Program-made: the position numbers and the translations under genes
Notes under the pieces: generated by a model
Databases searched by the model: none
Seen by the model: only the letters and a program-made list of their open reading frames with translations
Told to the model about the DNA's origin: nothing
Shown: positions 1-10,848 of the stretch, piece by piece
Numbering within the stretch: position 1 is the stretch's first letter
Layout: each line of letters begins with the position of its first letter
Assembly: GCA_010093815.1 (NCBI GenBank)
Contig: ML996568.1
DNA from: Pseudovirgaria hyperparasitica
Taxonomy: Eukaryota
DNA: 64,000 nt
Reading direction: 5' to 3' (one strand)

Positions 1-996
1 TGATCCTTGAGTCTGCACGTCTCGGCACTGTCTTACAGGCCACCTACTACTTCCCCATCCTGAAATTCCTCCTCCTCCTAGTGCCCATATCAATCAAAGA
101 ATCGTCTATGCGCGCCAGAGAGGCCGCACACCAGAAAGTCGCTAAACGGATTGAGAAAGGCTCGAGACCGGACTTGATCAACGGACTACTGTACTCGAAG
201 CAGTCGCTTGGGCTGTCTATCGAACAGCTTGCAGAGAATGCGAACACGCTTGTCATCGCTGGCAGTGAGACGACGGCGACGCTGCTGTCGGGGGCGACCT
301 TCCATATCCTGACGAATCCGGACGTGTTAGCGAAACTGACGGCGGAAGTGCGCTCAACATTCGCCAGTGACGACGAGATTGATATCATCAGCGTGGGAGG
401 CCTGAAATATATGCTTGCGTGTCTGGACGAGGCTCTGAGGATGTATCCACCGGTACCCATTGGACTGCCAAGAATTACAGGGAAGGCTGGGGCGACTGTT
501 TCTGGGGAATACTTACCTGCGGATGTAAGCCATGACGCGTCCCTATCTAGATCAAACAGTGGTACTGGGAAGACTGACGGCTTTGTGTAGACTGTTGTTG
601 CTGTTTATCAGTGGGCATCGTACCACCGCTCCAAGTATTTCTCCAAGCCCATGGAATTCCACCCAGAGCGCTTCCTGGGCGCTGAGGAGTTTGCACACGA
701 CAACAGGGAAATGCTGCAGCCTTTCTCCGTCGGACCAAGAAACTGTCTGGGCAGAAAGTAAGTTGTTCTTCTGTTCCGAACTTGTCGTGGTATGATTTAC
801 TTACGAGTTCGCGCGTAGCCTGGCATATGCGGAGTCGCGACTGATCCTCGCACGTATGGTATTCAATTTCGACATGCGCATCGCAGATGAGAGCAAGGAT
901 TGGAACCACGCCCAGAAGATATATTTTCTATGGCACAAGGGACCACTAATGGTGTACCTGACGCCGGTGAACAAGGATGTTAATAGGCATGCATAG
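1..996 (+). CDS. Cytochrome P450, CYP65/Tri11-like; 5'-truncated by window edge
   Basis: I-helix IAGSETT, ExxR (EALR), PERF and heme motif FSVGPRNCLG. Introns 525-590 and 758-818 restore the frame; stop TAG at 994-996. Confidence 0.93.
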
Positions 997-1554
997 GGGT
1001 TGAGTTCAGGCTTTGGACTGTTACATTTGTATATACTTGGAAGTCGTAATTAGACACATTTTGCTCGACAATCCCATTTCTCCTACGTCGGCGTCCGGAA
1101 CGTGCCCTTGCAAGTGGGGCCTGCTAAGTCTGATCATCGGCACCAACTAGCTTTATCCCGGTTAACACCCCAGTTCCCCCCGAGGATTCCTGGTTTCCAT
1201 CCGTCGCTTACTGAATTCTCGAGTCCAGTTTGTCGTTTAATTAGCTCTGCATTTACAGACACAAGGTCTTAGTGGAGCATTCGTGCGTATGCAAATCCGG
1301 CGTCTGCCGAGTCGCAAGAGTGAAACTGTTGTTCCCCTGTGCCGTCAGATAGATGTGGCACATGATTCCCGAGTACATTGCTGACATAGAAGCCTTGGGC
1401 AGTGACCATTGCAACAAAGCTTATACTATTATGGACATTGGTATTGGTGCCTTCAGTGATTGGTAGGTGCGCGTAGTGGGTTCACAAGGTAGTCTATCAG
1501 TCGCGATGGCGAAGATGGATCCGGTTCGAAGGCTTAAGGAAGTTATCAAAACGC

Positions 1555-2090
1555 GTAGTTCCACATAGTTATTAGCTATAGATACTGATAACATTTCTTA
1601 CCTTATATGGCTTGCTAGAGATCTAACTACAGCGTGTCCTAGCTAGAATGAGCTAGTTGTCCTAGCTCTACATAGCCCTTGTAGCTTACTTATAGCTAAT
1701 ATAACGGTGGTGCAGAAGGTCCAGGATAGTGCTTAGATTAATCCAACAATTATCTGGCTATGAAGAATAGAAGGTGGCAGTATAACTCCGTAGATATGCA
1801 AGTGAGCACTAAACGAGGCCACGTAACGGACCGGTGATTGCCGAAGGAGCATGCTCATGGGCATGGCGACTTCGAATCGTGGCAAATAGCGAACTAAAAA
1901 TATCTACTTAGGCTATAAATTAGTAGCACTTAACCTACGAGATTATTCTAGAAATTATAGCTACTAATAGAACGCTCTGGTCAAGAACTTTTTCATTGAT
2001 ACTTGAAACTAGAACTAGATAAGCGCGTCCTCTACGCGATTCCGGAGTTACTACTAATAGACTAACTATTACCCTAGCTTGTTTCATCGA
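1555..2090. other. RIP-like TpA-rich degenerate tract
   Basis: Dense TAG/CTA/TAA and lower GC than the flanks; no intact recognisable ORF. Confidence 0.55.
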
Positions 2091-2475
2091 CGCATGGTTT
2101 CTGAACGCCTCATCCAAGTTCGCACGCGGAAGATCCTTCGCTTTTCGATCGCCAAGGTAGCAGTTCGCAATTCATAATGTTCAATACCGGTGGTATAGGA
2201 CTGTAAAGTCTTGCATGAGATATGAGAACATTAATGGTTATACTATATATGAGAACTGCGTCTGAGAGACATTTTTACAATATACCAGCCGCTGTATGAT
2301 AGCTGGAACGTGGCAGCGATCTGTTATCCATATTTGGTGCACGGCCGTTTCATCATTCATACAGTGGTCTGATTTTGCTATGGACTGAATGATGGCTTAG
2401 TATAAGAATTTTAAGGTTCCTCTCTCGCATCCGCGATGGCATCTGAAGCCCTCTTATTTTTTTTTTGCCTTGACA

Positions 2476-3549
2476 ATGATCCTTTGGGCTGCATTTGCGG
2501 TCTTTGCTTCCTTCTACTTTTCCCCTTCACTTGCTGTACAATATGATATCGATAGCAGTTGTTCCTTCAAGTTAGCCAATGTGGGTGCGGCTATAGAGGA
2601 AGCAATATTAATGGCCCGCCGAAGCGTTGAGCGCTTGGATAACGCTGCTGCCGACCATACTAATGCCGACGACCATACTACTACCGACCATACTGCCGCC
2701 GGCCACATTATCGCCGATCACACTATCGCTGATCATACTGCCGCCGATCATGATATTGGGATTCTCTTCTCACGTATCTTCCATACGACTATAAGCGACC
2801 AAGAAGCCGTTCAAGATGTGCGTAACATCATGGACAGTATCGCGAATATAACACGAAACATCGACGGAGGGGAAGCCGATCTAACTCTCTACTGCGACAA
2901 TGACGCTCGATGGCAGCAGGGACCGGGTACCTACTATCTTCCGACTGATCCGCACTTCAAACTCCCAAGAGCCCCGGCTTGTCGTAGTCCGGGTACTCTA
3001 GCTACCATGTACTCAGTTCCGCTAGACCACCCCCGTCATGACAAATTGTTCGCGCAGATTACAGTATGCGATCGCCTGGCAACTATGTCATTGTCTACAT
3101 TACAAGATTATCTTGGCTTCGACTGGTCAACAGGAGGACTCATGGACCCAACTGTGAATCCGTACCACTTGTTAAGTGTTTACCTTTTACATGAGTTAAC
3201 CCATTTCCCGGCGTGGCAAAGTAAGTTTGATCGTCCTCTGCTATGCAGGTATATTATCAAGGACCCCTCACTGAAGAGTCCGGTGTAGTCTATGATGTCG
3301 GTCCGAATTCATATTGGTGGCAAAACATAATTCAAAAGCCTAGGGAGGACGCACTGATAAACGCAGATAATTACGGTAAATGTCTCTGCATAACTGCATG
3401 CAATCAGTTTTGCTGACAGTGGTATAGCTTTCTTTGGTTTACTTGCCCACCTGGGTGACTCCGGTCTCAAGCTTAGCGATGATGGATGGCAGGTCGGAAC
3501 TCTAGTACATACGGAATTTCGACCAATGATGAATTTTGGTTTTTTTTAA
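2476..3549 (+). CDS. Secreted zinc metallopeptidase (M35/aspzincin-like)
   Basis: Hydrophobic signal peptide MILWAAFAVFASFYFSPSLA, QITVCD, LLHELTH. After introns 3221-3288 and 3376-3427 it reads ...ALINADNYAFFGLL, the NAD-Y motif of this family. Confidence 0.85.
2644..2751 (+). repeat. Degenerate 15-bp coding tandem repeat (xxADH, about 7 copies)
   Basis: Units such as actgccgccgatcat / actatcgctgatcat; protein AAADH TNADDH TTTDH TAAGH IIADH TIADH TAADH. Confidence 0.9.
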
Positions 3550-4149
3550 ATCCGCCAGCCCAGCGGTATTCCGGCAATTCGTCATATATGTATGCTGCTT
3601 ATCGGTGGCCAATACAATGGTTCAGAATCAGTTGTTGTTTCACTGCTACTGGTGAGAGTGGTCTTCTTCAGAAATGGTCGTGTGACTTTCTAATACTGTA
3701 GGGTCTATACGTCATATTCAATAATCCGGTTGCCCATGTCATCAGTTCATAATGGTATCCATGGAGAGTCAAGAGATTAATCTCCTACCCCAGTCACATG
3801 AACAAACTTACATGCTCGCTCGACTCAGAAGGCGCCAGTGCGTGTGCAGGCCGACATCCAGAGCATTTACTCGAGTATAATATACGCCGTATTTGCTATT
3901 GAATGGTAAAGTCTATAACTTGATGTTGAAGAATGAACATAATTAGTCTTAATGACACTTCACTTCATCTATCTGCATCACACAGTTAGAAGCATTAGGA
4001 CCAGTTTTCCATCATATCTCGGCCTCACCATAGGTCACGAGCTCCATCGGCATGTACCCATCTCGACTCGCCCTTTTGATACTTGACGCGTTGCTCTCTA
4101 GTGCAGAAACTGCCATATCTGGTTTAGGTGTGTCTTAGGTATCGTCTCA

Positions 4150-5080
4150 TGTTCAGGTCTCTGAATCCTTGCTTGAGCCTCTTCGACCATCTCATGTGTT
4201 TCTGGATAACTGCGTGGGTGGGGAATCATTTCAGTCTTGCGGTCCAGTTCCGATAGGTCTTTCATCTAGCTGTATACATCCTTGGCGATTCTGCGTTTTA
4301 ACACGTATGTATCAAGGAGAGCTGCGGTAAAGGTAGAGATGCTATTGCTGTTTAGTGAAGTTCTAGAGTAAGCAACACATGACCATATAGTCACAGTCCA
4401 ACGAGTGCAAATGAACACAAAGCCTTGTATGCCCGGTAAACCCTCACACCGCTATGGTTACCCAACATCTGAATTGTACGAACATGTTCAAGAGTGCTGC
4501 TGACCCACCAATTCAGCATAGTAGACCCGAGTGTCTAGAGACGGAGGAGACTGTTATTAGGCTCAAGGCGTAGTGTAGAGTTAAAGCCATCCTAGCAATT
4601 TCAAACAATCGTTGCTGTCAGACTAAAGACAGTGACGATCGACACGGACAATAGCTGTTGTTTCGATCAGACAGAGAATTGTTAGAGAGAGGCGAGCTGT
4701 ACCAGAATGAAAGTCCACGGTGTTCCTATGCCGCCTTGGTTTACATAGTACATGAAGTCCGACATGATGGACGTAACAACCATTGGTGAAAGTGGCTGCA
4801 AGCTGCAAGCACTGTAGAGGATGGAAAAAGGGTACTCCGTAAGTTTTGAACGGCTTCCTCTTCTTCCCACACACTTTTCTAGCTTCTTACACCATGCCTG
4901 CATATTCGGCAAACAGATCTTGATCGCTCTACCTCGCACGATCTAGTATCTTCAGACGTTCCGACACTGCTGGTCCCGATCAAAGGCCTCCAAAGGTCGT
5001 GGGTGGTCTTCATTTATCCGGCATCGTAGGCGGGGTTTCAGGATTTTGATCGTGGTGTAAACAATAGTGGCTGGGCTTCA
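4150..5080 (-). pseudogene. Possible degraded sugar-porter (MFS) gene
   Basis: Broken frames give colinear fragments NPETPP, LFAEYAGM, SLQPLSPM..MYYV, AIVRVDR and YPETH, loosely matching PESPRW, Q..GMN..MYY, DRxGRR and PETK motifs; many stops and frameshifts. Confidence 0.3.
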
Positions 5081-5802
5081 TAGAGCTGGCTCAACGGCTC
5101 AGCGAAGTGCGAGAGATCGAAAGCTTTCCAACCATGGAGCTTTAGCACGATAGTATATAACGTTAGTGGACATCATGATACGCAGTTGGAATTACAAGTC
5201 TGAAGCTCCCTGGCAAGTGTCAAATGATTGATGGATCCGTTCGAGGGACCCTTGGTCCCGAGGTCAGGCACTCCGCTTTGCCAAGAAGGGTCTCACAAGC
5301 CGGAGTGCGACCTCTTATCTCGGCTCTCACATCGCAAGCAGAGCAACACCACAAGGCACAGAAGGGAAGACGGCGTTCATAACACTCGATGTTAACGACC
5401 TCGCAAAGTAGGTTGAGATAATCCACAGTCGCCAGAGTCTTTGATGATCTGGCTTCCCGCTTCAATGCTATATCCATTGGCCCGAGGACGCTTGTCTTAG
5501 ACGATTCTCTTAGTACTTCTGACAAACCCTGTGTCAGCACTGGTAATTAGCGTCAGAAGGACATGACCTGCTCTCGGCCGGCTATTGTGTGAACATATAC
5601 CAGATATGAGACACATAATCTACCTCTAGAGAATAAGCAAGCGACCACAGCAGAGTTGTACCATCTCTAGTTCTTCAGGAGCCTAGGCCGCTACTTATAA
5701 AGTGCTGCTTACGAGTAGCGTTTGACCAGGTCAGAGCAGCACTCCTTTCAGACTTGTCGAATTTCGTTCCCGAAATACTTCACGGTTAACACTCTGTCCA
5801 CC

Positions 5803-7684
5803 ATGGCATTCTCGATGGCTCTTCCCTGGTCGGAGGGCGAGGAAGAAATGCATCGTTTGCTACACGTTCCGAACCGAGATAATCCAACTTCCTCTATGCT
5901 AACACCCCAGGCGGCATTTTCTCTCCGACGTTTCCCTCTACTGGCTGTCGGAGTGATCGATGCCGAAGGCCGTCCCTGGGTTACTGTGTGGGGTGGCGAA
6001 TCAGGCTTTTCGAGGCCTTTGAGTAACACGATTGTAGGCACGAAGACTTATGTTGACCGTGTGAATGATCCAGTGGTGCAATGCCTCGTCGGTGGGAGAG
6101 CTGATGGAGAAGTGGTTAAGGAGGAAGGAACAGGGAGGATGGTTTCCGCGTTGACCATCGATCTGATGACAAGAAAACGGGTCAAACTTTACGGGCGAAT
6201 GGTTGCTGGGGCACTCGCCAATGCAGATGAGGGGGAAAATGAGGAACCAAATGCAGTAAAGCCTGTGAATCAAGGCTTGATTCAGTTGGTAGTGAATGTA
6301 GAGCAAAGCCTTGGTACGTATACTTACCACATCCAGGCGATCTCACGGCTGACCCATATAAGGAAACTGCCCCAAGTACCTCAATAAAAAGGAGGTGACG
6401 CCAGCACCAATCCAGTCAAAGCTTGTATCTGATTCTCCAAAGCTTAGCACAAAAGCTCTGGAGCTATTGGGTGACGCAGATTTGTTCTTCGTTTCATCTT
6501 ACTATTTAGACACTGACATGGACACGAATCATCGAGGTGGGCCTCCTGGTTTTGTGCGAGTTTTATCTAATGACTCGGACGGTACTGAGATTGTCTGGCC
6601 TGAATATAGCGGCAACAGGCTTTATCAAACCCTGGGGAATCTCTGCAGGACTCCAAAAGCCGGTCTCGCATTTCCCAATTTTGTGACCGGTGATATCCTA
6701 TACGTCACTGGTGATACAGAGATACTCATTGGAGAAGACGCGGCAAAACTCCTACCACACACCAATCTTTTGGTCAAACTAAAGATAAGATCCGCTAAGC
6801 TGGTTGAGAGTGGTCTACCTTTTCGTGGTGTACCGGGCGAGCTTTCGCCATACAACCCGCATTTGAGACTTTTGGTGAAGGAAGGTAGAGATGTGCTTGA
6901 CACCAGCAGGAATCCTCCTAACAACGCCATGTTGGAGGCCAAAACAGAACTTACTCCTACCATATCTCGATATCGCTTCTCGACATCAGCTCCTATCTCG
7001 TATGATGCCGGACAGTGGGTTGCGTTAGACTTTTCAGAAGAACTAGATATCGGATATAGTCATATGAGAGATGACGACCCGGCTAGTCTGAACGATGACT
7101 TCATTCGCACCTTCACGATCTCTTCGCCTCCTTCTGGGCCTCACACAAACATATTTGAGATCACAGCGAGGAAAAATGGCCCAGTGACTAGTTTCCTCGA
7201 GCGACAGCGCCCGAATGTGGGACTTACCGTTCCAATCCGTGGTATCGGTGGGGACTTCAAGATCACTATACCACAAGGGACTGATGACCAGGTAATCTCA
7301 TTCATAGCTGGTGGTGTTGGGATCACACCTCTCCTCAGCCAACTCCAAAGCATACCCATCCCTCAACTACGACTCCTGTGGGCCGTGCGTAAACAGGACC
7401 TCGGTATTGTTGCAGATACTTTGAGCACGTACAATGATCTTGGTCCTCAGACCACTCTCTTCGTAACTGAGACAGGAGCATCTGAACAGACTTTTGAGGG
7501 TAGACGGCCTTTTAATCTATTACAGGAGCAAGGTACTACTGTGATCTGGCGACGAATACAGAAAGAAGACCTTGAGATTGAGGGTGTGCATAGTTTCTAT
7601 ATATGTGCAGGGGTAGCACTACAAAATACACTCCTGAAATGGCTGGACGGGCGAAACGCAATCAGCGAAAGCTTCAATTACTAA
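5803..7684 (+). CDS. Pyridoxamine 5'-phosphate oxidase-like + FAD/NAD(P)-binding FNR-type oxidoreductase
   Basis: GRPWVTVWGG, SLGNCPKY (across intron 6314-6362), NHRGGPPGF, EYSGNRLYQTLGNL, RTFTISS and FIAGGVGITP motifs. Confidence 0.9.
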
Positions 7685-8273
7685 TTGCTATAGCAAGAAT
7701 CTACCTTTTTCATAAGATATATGCCACACTTTAAGGTGAATATTGACAAGTGCATCTTAACGTATCACTTGCAGCCAATATGACACTGAAGCAGCCATAG
7801 AACAAGTCCTCGTTGATCGCTCACCAAAGCTTATGACGTTATGAAATACAAATCAAGAATACGTCCATTTAAGTTGTAAGACCTCGGTTTGCGTTGCTAC
7901 TCCAGCAGATGATATAGCAATGATAGTTTGCTCCACACCGTTTAGATATGCTCTCCGTTGCGACTGATCTAGCGCTGCAATGACTAGTCTATGATCAGGA
8001 TTTTTGCAATAGTCTACGCGCTTACTAAGAATTGTTCTGAACATTCTAGTCTGTAGTGACAATAGATATACATATGTCGTCCATGCATGGACTGGAAGCT
8101 GTGGTGACTGTCATTCTAGCAACACCGAAGATGGGCGTCTTGGTTTGGAATTTAGATCAGATCCAAAACGTAAACGACACGTCAAGCGAAGACGTATATC
8201 GTTTTTAGTCGACCGTAAGACTACTATATTATATAATAGCATAACAGAACCTCATCTACAGAAGCTGTGCTTG

Positions 8274-9497
8274 TCAATGCCAACCGACGCCCATGACGGT
8301 ACGTACAGCCCGGTATACTGAAGCCAGGATTCTTTTTAGAGCGTCTATATCGATAAGTCCCTGTGCTAGCTCCTCGCGGCCATCTCCTTCATTTTTATGG
8401 TGCTCGGTATGTGCGAGTCTCAAAAATCGTGGAAGTGCAAGCACGTCGAGCTCTCCTGACTCTTTCAGTCGAATCCTCTTCTCTTCACTTAAGAAGCGAC
8501 CGCTTTTGAAGCTCCAATACAAATTTGCCTTGATAGTGTTCTGCACAGCCTGAACAAACTTAGCCACCTCATTGTCGATATCCTCTCCCCAGCTAGGCAA
8601 ATTCTGAATAGTGTGATCCAGTCGCTGGTGTCTTTCGCTTATATGATGCTCGAGGCAGTCAACAGCTTGTTGCATTGTCATCCCGTGCATTCGACACACT
8701 GCGAGAAGATTGTGAGGAACACTTTCTGACTCCTCTTTTCGGTATGAAAGTATGTCATTGTGCATTAATATCAGATCGACGCCAATTGTCTCGATGTTTA
8801 AAAGATGAGCATTATCGTGAAGGTTCTCTGGAACTCGAATTTCATGAGCATACTCGATCAGTACGTACAAAGTCCTTACGCAAACGGAACGACGTCTCAT
8901 GGCAAGCATCTCATCTATTGTAGGCAGGGTTCCGTATTGGCCGACTTGATCGAGTGTTCCCATACAGTAGTCGGTCATTGCATCTGCGTATCGCCTGGAC
9001 ACGATATCCGTCGAATCCATTCTGATAGCTGAGTATATATGATCGTGGAAGGAAATGAGCGCAGACCACGTCGAATCTGTCTCTACTACACTGTTCGGAG
9101 GCTTCCGTAAGCTGGATAATAGTCGATTCATGCTTTCCCGAGCGCGCTTTGGGTCATCACGCAGTGGCCCGTCATCGAAAAGGTCGTCAAATGGGAAGAT
9201 CCAGTTTCCCCATTCGCAGATGAGCTTGTATCGCTTCCGATCCGCTCTTGGCACCATCGCTGCAGCGAAAAATGCGAAGTTGCACTTCTCAATCTTCCTT
9301 TGTGTATCAGAGTCCAGGTCGCACCTCCTACCTTGCGTAAGCATAGTCTATCTGGATCTATTGTCATCAATATACCTGCACAGCTCTTCTTCGGCCTCAG
9401 GTCTGATAGACCCATAGAAGGCGTTGAGCTGAGGTTCCTCTTTGAGAAAGCCGCGAAATAGGTCTGGGACCTGCACGATAATTCTATTGTCAGTCAT
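8274..9497 (-). CDS. Class I terpene synthase (probable sesquiterpene cyclase)
   Basis: FPFDDLFDDG (DDxxD), NDILSYRKE (NSE/DTE) and WSFKSGRF (WxxxxxRY-like). Exon 1 MTDNRIIVQVPDLF...; intron 9328-9375 gives the correct phase. Confidence 0.93.
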
Positions 9498-10237
9498 ACT
9501 TGCCAATGTATCAGGTCTCATTTCCATGAAAGTCTCGTTCCCATGAAGGTCTCATTCGACGCAGTGAACTGATATATCCCCCTTGTGTACGCAAAGTAAA
9601 GGTCTATCGTCCAGCGCATTGGCGGTGCACCATGAGTAACATCATCACTTTTCACCGTTCGCACTGGTAAGGCAAACAGCTGTTTCATAGCCCAATAAGA
9701 CACAAGAGACATAACCCTAACGATGGGTGTCTTTCTGGAGTCACGAGATACTCAAGGATATCAACGGACAAGTCTCACTTCTACTTCACTTCCTATACGC
9801 GGCATATCTCCTCGAAGGAAAAAGACGTCCGGACCATTGACTGTGCCCATTCTTGACATATATCTTCACATACCTAGAAGACCAATAGTCGGCCGGGAGG
9901 AAACCTATTGGCTTGCCGAATGTTTGCTCGACCGCGCCACATCGAACGTGCATTTCCCTTACATCGTGTTCCAGGGTGGTGATATCTTGTGTAGCCTCGC
10001 TTCGCACGTTCCCTGCTTCTACTGTTGTACAATATGCTATTCCGATATAGTAGTTACGGTCATTTATCAAGCTGAGGAAGACATGTGTTTTGGACATCAC
10101 ATACTGATGTACTAGAACAGGCCGGCCAACGTAATGAGATGAAAACAGCTCCATCTGATCTACCAACGATTGACACAACAAAATCTCAAGAGATTCGTGG
10201 CAGTCTGTCAGGCTTCAGTTTTCTACCACTTGTGGAT

Positions 10238-10367
10238 CGCGTTATCCCTTTTTACCATGTTATCCCTTTTTACCACGTTATCCCTTTTCTCCGCGCTATC
10301 GCCTTTCTCCACGTTCTCCCTTTGCTCCACGCTATCCCTCTTCTCCACGCTATCCCTTTTCTCCACT
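10238..10367. repeat. 18-bp tandem repeat, about 7 copies
   Basis: Unit g[tc]tatcccttttctccac and variants. Confidence 0.92.
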
Positions 10368-10848
10368 ATCCTATCAATCTCCCACCGCCGTAGCCACGAC
10401 CAACAGCTGCAATGGTATGATAAACCATTACATGCGCTTCACAATACGGCGGATGCTTCATGCGGCCCGTCATGCCCCTTCTCAGCCTGGGCTCTCTGCA
10501 ATTTCCCGCATGTCCTCTACGCTCCATTAGAATCTGAGCGCCCAGGAATCTGGAAAGCTGGGCTGTGCAGAGTGATCATTGCACTGAGGCTTACGTTCTG
10601 CCGGTTGTGTTATAACTCATGTATAGTGTCACTGGATCCGTTGGAGAGATAGCACCCCGTTGTAGAGGGGCGGTAGGGCTGCGCCGATGGACAGGGGAGG
10701 TCTGGATTGCAGCGAGCGTCTCAACAATATGTTCACGGGTGCCGCTTACTGAGTCAGAGACACGATTCGAAATGACGATAAGCGAGAACCGACAAGCTTG
10801 ATTGAATTCGGGTCATGATGTATATAGCCTCACTTGGCTGCGTGTCAC

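Noticed and set aside
7853..8062. Short minus ORF with a faint resemblance to RecQ helicase motif V (TIIAISSAG)
   Set aside because: Single weak motif with no other helicase motifs nearby.
9786..10181. 131-aa minus-strand ORF upstream of the terpene synthase
   Set aside because: No recognisable motif or coherent splice model; may be promoter or decayed sequence.
10238..10367. Tandem repeats as a CRISPR array
   Set aside because: Contiguous units without spacers, eukaryotic context, no cas genes.
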